Below, in pieces: positions 28,685-37,337 of a stretch of DNA of 64,000 nt. The DNA comes from a virus, in IMG/VR virus record IMGVR_UViG_3300003309_000010, positions 20,391 through 84,390 of that record. One strand, 5' to 3'. A program made the position numbers and the translations under genes. Numbering within the stretch: the stretch's first letter is position 1; each line of letters opens with the position of its first letter. The notes below the pieces were generated by a model. The model had not been told where the DNA came from, ran no database searches, and saw only the letters and a list, made by a program, of their open reading frames with translations.

Positions 28685-29183
28685 ACTGAAGTTTATTCTG
28701 AAAACTGAGTACGACGATGACGTCAAAAGGATAGTGTTGGCGTCAAAACGTCACACGTACCTTAACACGGTAGACCTGCAAGATATTACCGCTGCTATCA
28801 CAGATAAAGATGAACGATTGGTTTTGGCTTATCTAGACGACCAAGTCGTCGGATACGTCAGAATTACTCGACACGAAAAGTGGACAAGTCGGTTAGGTCG
28901 GTGGTCTGTCTGTCCTATCTTCGTCGCATCAGATTATCAAACTCGAGGAATCGGTCTAAAACTCATTCAATGGGTAAAAGACAAATACGCACCTCTTGTA
29001 GCAACAACTGATGTCAGTAATCAACCATCGTGTAAGTTGTTCTTGCAGGCAGACTTTTTTGTAGGCGAAAAGTTCTACACACCTGAAGATGAAAAACATT
29101 ATTACGAGTGGGTTTACCCAGAATTGGGTCCCAATGATCAACTCAATCCGCTTATCGGACAAGGACTATCAAATGAACCTTAA
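28674..29183 (+). CDS. GNAT-family acetyltransferase 1
   Basis: VVGYVRI, IFVASDYQTRGIG (motif A), DVSNQPSCKLF (motif B); start at 28674 by GGGG RBS. Confidence 0.85.
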   Translation: MSAELKFILKTEYDDDVKRIVLASKRHTYLNTVDLQDITAAITDKDERLVLAYLDDQVVGYVRITRHEKWTSRLGRWSVCPIFVASDYQTRGIGLKLIQWVKDKYAPLVATTDVSNQPSCKLFLQADFFVGEKFYTPEDEKHYYEWVYPELGPNDQLNPLIGQGLSNEP

Positions 29184-29661
29184 ATTTAATATCGAAAAAC
29201 AACCCACGCAGTCGTTATACTCTATGTTTGTAGCGTCTTCGGAAACCAAATTTTTAACGGATATTGTGATTGAAGAACTCATCCGATCGATGAGTACCGA
29301 GAAAGAATCCATTATCGGTATTTATGACGACTTCTACTTGGTTGGGTATGCGCGTATCAGTATGGCCGGTTACAACTACACAAGAGAAGGGCGTTGGCAC
29401 ATCGGCCCTGTGTATATCTCTCCTGAGTATCGCAACAAGAAAGTCGGTTCAGCGTTTATCGAGTGGAGTAAAGAGCGCTATGATAAATTGTCCGCCACGG
29501 TGGATGTTAACAACGACAGTTCCAATAAGTTGTTCGAAACATCTGGGTTTAAAACTACAGAAGATGTGGAGTGGGGCGGAGATACCCCGTGTCACGAGTG
29601 GTGTTACCCGGCTATGGAGCATCCGCCTGAAGAAGTTAACGCGTTATTGGTCGAAGGGTAG
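29173..29661 (+). CDS. GNAT-family acetyltransferase 2
   Basis: LVGYARI, VYISPEYRNKKVG, DVNNDSSNKLFETSGF; start at 29173 by AAGGA RBS. Confidence 0.85.
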   Translation: MNLKFNIEKQPTQSLYSMFVASSETKFLTDIVIEELIRSMSTEKESIIGIYDDFYLVGYARISMAGYNYTREGRWHIGPVYISPEYRNKKVGSAFIEWSKERYDKLSATVDVNNDSSNKLFETSGFKTTEDVEWGGDTPCHEWCYPAMEHPPEEVNALLVEG

Positions 29662-29728
29662 CGGGATACCCGATTACGCGACGATATTACCAAGGTGATA
29701 AACATCAACGTAAACAGGTAATTTAAAC

Positions 29729-30400
29729 ATGAATAACATTTCAGATTTTAGAATCAACGCGTACGGTGGGTGGGTTGTTCCTAACCACATTACACTTAAG
29801 AGTGACGTTGACATTCCCGCCAATTCTATTTTTGGGGACAATTGCGTTATTGGCGCAAGTTGTGTTATCGGAGACAATGTTATCTTGGGCGAGAACTGCG
29901 TTATTCGAGAACATTGTGAGGTACACGATCGATGGGTGCTCGGATACAACTGCACTGTAATGCGTGGGGTCTCTTTGGGTAACGGCGGTATGTTTCTGAA
30001 CAAGGCATCGGTAGCCAAGGGAGTTTTGGTCGGGAAAGGTTCCACATTTGGAGCACAGAGCATCGCTGATTCGGTTTATACAACACCCGGAGTACATCGG
30101 TATGAAGTGGGGTCGTTAATCGTCTTCGAACCGGGCATCGGACATGATGGACTCACCGTTGATGATCACTACGGGTTCAGCGTCAACCCTAAAGGGGGCT
30201 TACTTATCCCGCCGGGGGAACAGTTATGTGCAGACACAGATATCCCGGCCCACAGCGTCTTGTCTGAAGGGTGTTTGGTTGGGGAAAACTCTAGTGTCGG
30301 CGCCCACACCATAATCTCTGATTATTGCCATATCAGTAAAAACTGCATCGTCGACTCGACCTGCATTATTGCTGATACGGTCACAAGAGATGACGCGTAA
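29729..30400 (+). CDS. Hexapeptide-repeat (left-handed beta-helix) protein 3, two repeat blocks
   Basis: Two units, each starting F-x-x-N-x-x-GG-x-x-x-P and followed by hexapeptide repeats. Confidence 0.8.
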   Translation: MNNISDFRINAYGGWVVPNHITLKSDVDIPANSIFGDNCVIGASCVIGDNVILGENCVIREHCEVHDRWVLGYNCTVMRGVSLGNGGMFLNKASVAKGVLVGKGSTFGAQSIADSVYTTPGVHRYEVGSLIVFEPGIGHDGLTVDDHYGFSVNPKGGLLIPPGEQLCADTDIPAHSVLSEGCLVGENSSVGAHTIISDYCHISKNCIVDSTCIIADTVTRDDA

Positions 30401-30408
30401 CTTCAGGG

Positions 30409-30430
30409 AGGCGGGTTACCGCCTTTTTTG
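30409..30430 (+). terminator. Rho-independent terminator
   Basis: AGGCGG-gtta-CCGCCT then a T-tract. Confidence 0.7.
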
Positions 30431-30447
30431 TTAATTGTGAGAGCTTT

Positions 30448-32073
30448 ATGGAACCGTCCAGTATCCCGTTCAATATTCAGCTAATGCCTAATCATAGAGG
30501 TGTTACCGAACACCTCAAACCTATCACTGCTCCCGCTTTCTATGACGGTGTCAGCACTAAATTTCACAAAGAAGGATTGTTTTCCACCGAGATATTTGGA
30601 TCGGTCAGTGATAAACGCCGCACCCAAACGTTTGCCTACATTGATCTCAACACAGAAATCATTCATCCTATTCTATACAAAAATATAGAAAAGGTGGCGG
30701 GGTTTTATACAGAGATAATGAGTAGCAAAAGCTACGCGGTTTGGGATGCAAAAATAAAACAGTTTGTTCCCTCTAACGCGGTCGATGGGCAAACAGGTTA
30801 TGCGTTCTTCATGAAACATTTCAAAGAAATTGATTTCGTTCGAAATGATTCTCCAAGACGCACGACTCGAATAGACGTACTGGAGCGGTATCGAGACACT
30901 GCCGTCTACGATTATTTGCTGGTTATCCCCGCTGGACTGCGGGACGCTGAAGAAGGCAAAAACGGCAATCTCACCATGGACGAGATAAACGATTACTACC
31001 GCTCTGTGTTGACTCTCGCCGCTAATATTGAAAAGGGTGATTCGGATAACGTATTCAATGACTCTACTCGCTTACTCATTCAGCGTAATTTTAACGCGAT
31101 ATATGACATTTTGTTTTCGTATTTGCGAGGTAAAGGTGGCGGGCTTCAAGGCAAGTTCTTTAAACGTAAGTTGGAACACGGTACGCGAGGTGTAATGACC
31201 GCTGCCGAGCATAACATGGAGGATATGCGTGGCCCACAACGTTTAGGTATCCATGACGTAGCCTTAGGGTTACATCAGTCACTTAAAGCAACTGTTCCAC
31301 TCGTTGTTAACGCATTCAATAGTTCTGTATTGGTTAGAGACGGATTTTCTGTCGATGGGCAGGTACAAGTCATCAACCCGAAAACCAATGTGGTGGAAGA
31401 GCGTAAAGTATCCCCTAAAGACAAGGAATTGTTCACCGCTGAAGATGGAGTGAATACGCTAATCAACCGATTTGAAAAGCGTAATTTCAGACGACGCGAA
31501 GTCAAGATATCAGGCGGTTACCTCGCCATGGTCTATGTCAACGAGTCTGAGGGTACGTTTAAAATTGTACGAGACCCACAAACCGTACCAGAAGATTTTA
31601 AAGCACAGCTCAGACCCATTACGTACGCCGAACTGTTTTACTATCTTGTTGCTCCGGTTATCCAAGGATTACCCACTTGGGTGACTCGTTATCCGGTAAC
31701 TGGTGATGGCTCTACCACGCCCAACGCTTTGTATCTTAAGACAACAGATAAAGGGTTACCTCTTAAAGAGTTGGGGGACGATTGGCAACCAGTTTACATG
31801 GATGGCGACAGGTATATCTATAAAGAATGGCCTTTGGTGGAACTGGACTTCTTTGAGACAGTGGCAGTGCATCCTAACAAATTGGCCGATATGGGCGGCG
31901 ACCATGACGGAGATACCAGCAGTGCGGATGTCTCGATGACAGATGAAGCCATCGAGGAAGGCAAGGCTTACATGAGCGATGTTAGTCGTATGTTTAAGGA
32001 TGGTAACCCGCGTGCTATCTTTAGTACAGATATTGCAAAATGGACGTGCGCTGCAATGACTAACCCACCGTAA
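30448..32073 (+). CDS. Virion RNA polymerase beta' N-terminal/catalytic subunit (phiKZ gp180-like)
   Basis: IPFNIQL, EGLFSTEIFG, GTRGVMT, catalytic GGDHDGD (DxDGD). Confidence 0.9.
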   Translation: MEPSSIPFNIQLMPNHRGVTEHLKPITAPAFYDGVSTKFHKEGLFSTEIFGSVSDKRRTQTFAYIDLNTEIIHPILYKNIEKVAGFYTEIMSSKSYAVWDAKIKQFVPSNAVDGQTGYAFFMKHFKEIDFVRNDSPRRTTRIDVLERYRDTAVYDYLLVIPAGLRDAEEGKNGNLTMDEINDYYRSVLTLAANIEKGDSDNVFNDSTRLLIQRNFNAIYDILFSYLRGKGGGLQGKFFKRKLEHGTRGVMTAAEHNMEDMRGPQRLGIHDVALGLHQSLKATVPLVVNAFNSSVLVRDGFSVDGQVQVINPKTNVVEERKVSPKDKELFTAEDGVNTLINRFEKRNFRRREVKISGGYLAMVYVNESEGTFKIVRDPQTVPEDFKAQLRPITYAELFYYLVAPVIQGLPTWVTRYPVTGDGSTTPNALYLKTTDKGLPLKELGDDWQPVYMDGDRYIYKEWPLVELDFFETVAVHPNKLADMGGDHDGDTSSADVSMTDEAIEEGKAYMSDVSRMFKDGNPRAIFSTDIAKWTCAAMTNPP

Positions 32074-32094
32074 ACGATCACTTTACCATTAATA

Positions 32095-32122
32095 AATTAG
32101 GGCACTTAATAGTGCCCTAATT
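32095..32122 (+). terminator. Terminator hairpin followed by TTTTATG
   Basis: AATTAGGGCACT-taat-AGTGCCCTAATT. Confidence 0.8.
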
Positions 32123-32167
32123 TTATGCGACAACTAGAAAGATAAATATGATACACAGGAGAACCCA

Positions 32168-32782
32168 ATGTCAAATTTACCAGAATTAAATGTTCCTATG
32201 CCGACTGAGTTAGCTATTAAAGTAGTACTCAGCGATGATGAAAAAGCCATTGTCAACCAAGCTGACATCTACCACGCCTTGCTGCCTCATTTATCAACAC
32301 CTGCTCTTAAGTACCTGCCATCGACGAATCATTTCATCTCCGATGACATGGCGTTTACGCTGGCCGCTGATATGATACAGTTGGACAAAGCTAAGCAGGA
32401 TGGAAATCTAACATCCGATCGCGTGTACAACATCGCTGCTTTTTGCCTGAACATTTCGTTGAGCGGTCGACGTAATTTTCCGAATAAGTACGGCCCCACT
32501 AAAGACAGCGACGATATCCGTAAAGGACTCGTTAAAGATGTTCTGCGTTACCGGATGCAACCGCAAGCTGTGGAATTGGCATTAAAAGAAGATTATCAAC
32601 TACGCGGTTTCAGGGGCATGCTTGCCTTTGCCGAGGAGATTGGTAACAGAGAAGGTTTACCTAAAGAGTGGGTAGATAGCGAAATGAACATGCTAATGTT
32701 GTTCATTGCTCTGGCGTTCTATGAGGATAGAATCAAAGGGTTGGTTGATCGCTTTGTCGGCGACAATGTAGAAGGAGAATAG
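32168..32782 (+). CDS. Alpha-helical paralog family member A1
   Basis: ISDDMAF...GRRNFPNKY motif; AGGAG RBS. Confidence 0.75.
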   Translation: MSNLPELNVPMPTELAIKVVLSDDEKAIVNQADIYHALLPHLSTPALKYLPSTNHFISDDMAFTLAADMIQLDKAKQDGNLTSDRVYNIAAFCLNISLSGRRNFPNKYGPTKDSDDIRKGLVKDVLRYRMQPQAVELALKEDYQLRGFRGMLAFAEEIGNREGLPKEWVDSEMNMLMLFIALAFYEDRIKGLVDRFVGDNVEGE

Positions 32783-32783
32783 T

Positions 32784-33491
32784 ATGTCAATATTTATCGA
32801 TACTGCCGGTGACGGTACAGTGCCCTTTGAAGTGAGAACACCACGAACTGTCCAGACAACCGATGTGGACGGTAACCCTCAATCTGAAATCGTGTACGAT
32901 CCGTTCGACGTAGAGACAGTGGCGGTTTCTGTAACGTACGCTCCTGACGGTGTGACTATTACCAACAAAGATGCGATTTACACTTTACTGCAACAACATT
33001 TAGCAAAAACGTTAAACCAGTTCGTATTAACGGTCGACAACGCCATCACGGATGAAGCGGCATTGGAACTCGCTGCCGACTTCAGCACACGCGATGTGGA
33101 TAATTACGCTAACAAAAAAGACCAACTGGACTACATCTACCATGTGTATATGTTGTGTTTCTATATGATGGTAGCATCCAGGAATTTATCTCCAGAACAG
33201 TACAGTGCTGGTCCGACCCCGCCGGGTAAGTTGATCGACGATACGTTGTTGTACGGATATCGATTGGACTGGACATTGTCGGAGTTTCGAGAAGGGTACG
33301 ATCTCACTATGCCTATATCTATACGTTCTGAGATGGTAGCTCGCGGCCAGCTCGGTAACTACCCCGCAGACTGGATAGACGTATGTAGTAACACCGTTAA
33401 CTTGTTAATCGTTTCCGCTTACTACGCGGAAATGCTCAGCACTAGGATAAACGAACATCTCGACTATCCTTTTGTGTTCACCGTTTCATAA
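32784..33491 (+). CDS. Alpha-helical paralog family member A2
   Basis: ITDEAAL...SRNLSPEQY; aligns by eye with A1. Confidence 0.75.
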   Translation: MSIFIDTAGDGTVPFEVRTPRTVQTTDVDGNPQSEIVYDPFDVETVAVSVTYAPDGVTITNKDAIYTLLQQHLAKTLNQFVLTVDNAITDEAALELAADFSTRDVDNYANKKDQLDYIYHVYMLCFYMMVASRNLSPEQYSAGPTPPGKLIDDTLLYGYRLDWTLSEFREGYDLTMPISIRSEMVARGQLGNYPADWIDVCSNTVNLLIVSAYYAEMLSTRINEHLDYPFVFTVS

Positions 33492-33499
33492 ATTAAAAC

Positions 33500-33526
33500 A
33501 GGGGTAGGACAACCTACCCCTATTTT
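33500..33526 (+). terminator. Terminator hairpin followed by TTTTATG
   Basis: AGGGGTAGG-acaa-CCTACCCCT (same stem as after phuZ). Confidence 0.8.
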
Positions 33527-33565
33527 ATGTCCGCGTTACTTACATGACGCTATCAGGAGAAACAA

Positions 33566-34402
33566 ATGAAGACCGTAGAAGAACTTTTAACCTCTCTGGA
33601 TGAACGTTTAGGTTCCATGGGTAAACTCATCAATTCCAAAATTCAGCATCCTAGATGGACCAACACACGTGTACCGTCTCAGGGCGAGAACGCTGTCCAT
33701 GAATTTATGTCAAAGTTTTCGTATTTTTACTTATTCCGTAAAGATGAGCGTGTAGGTAGTTTGAGAGATACTGCAATAGCCAAATACCTCTACTGCGATA
33801 CAGATTCAGAGGAATTGCAAATTAAAATACGTAAGTTTCATGATACATCAGGTATCAGAGTCGCTACTACCGACGCTCCCGAAAGAATCCGGTTAAAGAG
33901 AATTGTTATTCGGGTATTTATGGAATCCGACTATTTTGACGACTCAATAGACGAACAAGAATTCTTAGCGTTCGCAGACCGTTACGTCGGTGGCATGATC
34001 GTATACCAAAAATTTGACAGATGTATATTCCTTGATGGATTAGAAGCCTGTTTCGTTTTCATGCTGCATTTCGACGCTATTCGTCATGTCGTATACCAAC
34101 ATCTGGGTAGAGGTTGGTACTCAGAATATCTACTGTATTGGGATAAAGTAAACTATGTCTTGGACTGTCAGTATACAGAGGAAAAGGATAAATATCTCTA
34201 CAGAACGACATACGACATTGGTGGTGTGAATTGTAGCAGCGCTGATAGCCCTAAATGCCGATCATTAGCATATGGATATCGTTGTAACGACGATCCCAGT
34301 AAAGAGCTAATACCGCTCACAAATCAGAAATATCCAGACCCAAGATATTACCCCCAACAGTATAGCTCGAGGGTACCTATATCCCAACCAGTGCGAAGAT
34401 AA
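33566..34402 (+). CDS. Hypothetical protein, probable family member A3
   Basis: SIDEQEFLAFADRY...ACFVFML; AGGAG RBS. Confidence 0.65.
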   Translation: MKTVEELLTSLDERLGSMGKLINSKIQHPRWTNTRVPSQGENAVHEFMSKFSYFYLFRKDERVGSLRDTAIAKYLYCDTDSEELQIKIRKFHDTSGIRVATTDAPERIRLKRIVIRVFMESDYFDDSIDEQEFLAFADRYVGGMIVYQKFDRCIFLDGLEACFVFMLHFDAIRHVVYQHLGRGWYSEYLLYWDKVNYVLDCQYTEEKDKYLYRTTYDIGGVNCSSADSPKCRSLAYGYRCNDDPSKELIPLTNQKYPDPRYYPQQYSSRVPISQPVRR

Positions 34403-34444
34403 ACATCCTTGATGTTTAATGACTAAACTTAAAGACGAGGTTTT

Positions 34445-35344
34445 ATGAAAAATCAATTACTCGAAGACTTAATCGAATTGTACGATCCAGATTTCACTCC
34501 ACCGGATGGCTGGGGTGATGCACCCATTAACCCACCTGTAGAGTTAGCTATGGGTATTTTCACGCTAAATGATAATCCGTTCAAATGTTCTATTCAACAC
34601 TCTCCCTCCGAAGAGCACAAAGACGGATACAACGAGGACGCTGTTCGGTATGCATTCCAGACGGCATTGGATAGAGGAATGCTAACGCAGGTAATCACTT
34701 CGTTGAGATCGATTAGTCTGGACTTATCCGATGCAGATTCCGACATCTTTGTGGATAACCCCCTGCTTGCAAAATCGTATCAAGATACAGACAGCGAAGA
34801 AACGCGTACGCATATACGCGCTGCGCGGATGGAGTTGTTTATCAAAATGTTAGCTGTCGATATACCTTCCCCAGAGTACGCCAGTTACACGGGAAATCTT
34901 TACATTTCTGATAGAGTTGTTCTGGAAATGGCTGAGGAGTTTGTAATGTGGTTGGCGGCGACAGGGTACGGTGGGGCTAACCTTGCCCGTTCGTTGTGGG
35001 CGAGAACCATAGCGTTGGCTACCATGTCGAGATTAAACCACCCTAACAAGTACGAGGTAGATTCAGGCTGCACGATGGGTAACAGTACCCAGTGGGAGCA
35101 CCATACGTTCTTTTCCAGAGAGCAACTTATCGACTATCTGTTAGGGGGTGATTTGAGCCAAGAGTTGCTAACAGCTTACGGCCCGTCAACGGTTATGTTT
35201 CTCGTAGAGGCGCTGACAGCTTTAGCCGAGGAACTCGACGTCAATCTGGAAATTGTGGAGCTTAGAAAGATTGTCTTATCTAACACATTGATGTGCGGAG
35301 CGCATGCGTGGCGATGTCGGGAGGCTGTCTCTATCTATTCATGA
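34445..35344 (+). CDS. Alpha-helical paralog family member A4
   Basis: ISDRVVLEMA...SRLNHPNKY. Confidence 0.75.
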   Translation: MKNQLLEDLIELYDPDFTPPDGWGDAPINPPVELAMGIFTLNDNPFKCSIQHSPSEEHKDGYNEDAVRYAFQTALDRGMLTQVITSLRSISLDLSDADSDIFVDNPLLAKSYQDTDSEETRTHIRAARMELFIKMLAVDIPSPEYASYTGNLYISDRVVLEMAEEFVMWLAATGYGGANLARSLWARTIALATMSRLNHPNKYEVDSGCTMGNSTQWEHHTFFSREQLIDYLLGGDLSQELLTAYGPSTVMFLVEALTALAEELDVNLEIVELRKIVLSNTLMCGAHAWRCREAVSIYS

Positions 35345-35353
35345 TACGATAAG

Positions 35354-35381
35354 ATTGGGCTGGGTTACGATCCAGCCCAAT
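35354..35381 (+). terminator. Hairpin whose right arm begins the duplicated cassette
   Basis: ATTGGGCTGG-gttacgat-CCAGCCCAAT. Confidence 0.7.
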
Positions 35382-35457
35382 TAACGGCGATATTATGGCG
35401 GGGATAACCAGCATTATTAAAACAATTAACCCATACCCGTAAGGAGTTTATTATGAA
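35367..35457 (+). repeat. Direct repeat copy 1 (promoter/RBS cassette)
   Basis: 62 nt identical to 55786-55847, then a 7-nt insertion, then 22 nt identical to 55848-55869. Confidence 0.95.
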
Positions 35458-36031
35458 TACTATACAAACCGCCGCAGACAGCTTGCTTCGTAACTGTGCT
35501 ACTCTTACCTCTCAACAGGAGTACGACGCTCTCGTTGCAGGGTTGGACTACCACAGCCCAGAACAGGTTAAAGAAGCGTTTGAGAAATCCCTCGTCGATA
35601 CAACAGCGTTGCCACAACCTGCACCATTCTGTATGGCACTATCATTATCGGCATACTTAAGATTCACTGCACGCCATGATTTGGCAACTATGGATCAAGT
35701 ACCTTTTGAAAAACCGCCCGCAGAGTTGATTGAACTTCTGGTAGATTTAAACCTTGACCATTTTAAATCAGTAGTCGGTAACCAAACATTGATGGTCAGT
35801 CAGGAAGCGATGGACGCCGTGGCTAAATTTAAACACGCTATCGATCAATGTAACCCCGCCTCATTTGAGGACAATAATCTGGCCAATACGTTCGATTACA
35901 TGATTGCGGAGTTGGAACGATTTGACGTGGATAACATTCGAGAACGCATGTTGGTGTTGTCGTCTTTCGTTACCGCAGAATACTACATTGATGTGTTTAG
36001 ACCGCTGATGGGCGATGTTGTTCAACATTAA
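35453..36031 (+). CDS. Alpha-helical paralog family member A5 (closest to B3)
   Basis: HSPEQVK...MALSLSAY versus HTPEEII...LAFSLIAV. Confidence 0.75.
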   Translation: MNTIQTAADSLLRNCATLTSQQEYDALVAGLDYHSPEQVKEAFEKSLVDTTALPQPAPFCMALSLSAYLRFTARHDLATMDQVPFEKPPAELIELLVDLNLDHFKSVVGNQTLMVSQEAMDAVAKFKHAIDQCNPASFEDNNLANTFDYMIAELERFDVDNIRERMLVLSSFVTAEYYIDVFRPLMGDVVQH

Positions 36032-36045
36032 TAAGGAGAACAGTC

Positions 36046-36201
36046 ATGACTGAAGATAACTATCGTCTCAGAGATGAAGATCCGCTCATTCTCTGTTTAA
36101 TGTTCGGCGCCATCGCATGTCTCGTAGGCGGCGCTTATGTTACAATTTTGCATTTAATTGCGCTAGGATATTTCCTAGCAGACTTAATGCAGTGTGTCTA
36201 G
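36046..36201 (+). CDS. 51-aa membrane microprotein
   Basis: AAGGAG RBS; MTEDNYRLRDEDPLILCLMFGAIACLVGG...; below the ORF-track cutoff. Confidence 0.65.
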   Translation: MTEDNYRLRDEDPLILCLMFGAIACLVGGAYVTILHLIALGYFLADLMQCV

Positions 36202-36210
36202 GATTCTACT

Positions 36211-36891
36211 ATGAACAAAAAAGAATATCTACGAGATCCTGATGAGGAGCGTTGGGGTATGAGAAGCATACGCAACTATCCTGTTACAGTGTCGATAGGC
36301 GTTAACGCGGGAAAATTTGAACTCGTCAATCTTGACGCTATTGTATCTAATCTTTGCATGTATATCGATGAACAAGATGATCAATTGTCACGAATGGATA
36401 TCTTGAAACTAACACTTGTTGCTGAGGGTGTAGTAGAAGATAGCAAGGTGTTGGATATAATTCGTTGTGTGTTGGAGACACGCAAACAGAAAGGTAGTCG
36501 AGTATGGCTACCGCCGTTTCGTAGAGTCGTAGAGTTCTGCTGTGCGATACTTCACGGACTAAGAGTGCAGTATCCTGATCAGTATCCGGTGAGCGATGAT
36601 GTCAAAGTGTTAGCCGAAGAAGCGCTGCAACTAATTACGAAAAAATACTACTCGCGACTGGGTTCGGGCGTAGAACCAGAAAGTGTTTATTACGACGCAC
36701 TTACGGACAAAATGCAGGAGCTTGATTGTTTATCAGCGTTGAGTTTGATACTGGACAAACAAGATCAAACTACTAGCAGGTTTCCCAATTTGGACACAGA
36801 AGACTTCATGGCTTACGCTTACGAACAAGCGTACAAAAGTCTAACGGAACCAGAAAGTTTGGGATTTCCAGACATCGTCCGTAAAGTATAA
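36211..36891 (+). CDS. Alpha-helical paralog family member A6
   Basis: VEDSKVL...LRVQYPDQY. Confidence 0.75.
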   Translation: MNKKEYLRDPDEERWGMRSIRNYPVTVSIGVNAGKFELVNLDAIVSNLCMYIDEQDDQLSRMDILKLTLVAEGVVEDSKVLDIIRCVLETRKQKGSRVWLPPFRRVVEFCCAILHGLRVQYPDQYPVSDDVKVLAEEALQLITKKYYSRLGSGVEPESVYYDALTDKMQELDCLSALSLILDKQDQTTSRFPNLDTEDFMAYAYEQAYKSLTEPESLGFPDIVRKV

Positions 36892-36916
36892 CATTCAACA
36901 AAGTAAGGAGTTTGTT

Positions 36917-37306
36917 ATGGAAACAAACAAATGCACTAAATTCAAACGGTTTGACGAGTTAACTATCGAAGGTTTACCGGTAAAAGATTTTCATCATCAC
37001 GGAACCACCGGTGAAGGACACTACCGTTTATATGTCCACGTCAGAGATGACGACGGCTTTTTAGCCTCGGCGGTGAGATTTGTTAAGTCCGATGGCGTCG
37101 GGGATGGAGACACACTTTGGGATGGTGATAATCTCATCGTCGATGAGGTGTTTCAGGTGTTTGCTGGAAAAGACGGTATACAGAAAATACCGGTTGGCGT
37201 ACACAATTCCAAATTGCCGGGGTGTTTCACTTACCCGCATATAGACGAGTTAATTCAACTTCTACAGGAAGTTGAGAAACTCGAAAAAGAACACAGCATC
37301 TGGTAA
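36917..37306 (+). CDS. Hypothetical phage protein
   Basis: AAGGAG RBS. Confidence 0.7.
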   Translation: METNKCTKFKRFDELTIEGLPVKDFHHHGTTGEGHYRLYVHVRDDDGFLASAVRFVKSDGVGDGDTLWDGDNLIVDEVFQVFAGKDGIQKIPVGVHNSKLPGCFTYPHIDELIQLLQEVEKLEKEHSIW

Positions 37307-37337
37307 CAACAATACAACTATATTCTTGGAGAAGAAC

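Noticed and set aside
25319-30400. Hexapeptide repeats as DNA tandem repeats, CRISPR-like arrays or DGR targets
   Set aside because: Periodicity is at the protein level only; no identical nucleotide repeats, spacers or reverse transcriptase were seen.
26140-32073. Inteins or introns in the terminase or RNAP (also checked in the DNA polymerase)
   Set aside because: ORFs are continuous with roughly family-typical lengths; no intein or homing endonuclease motifs were seen.
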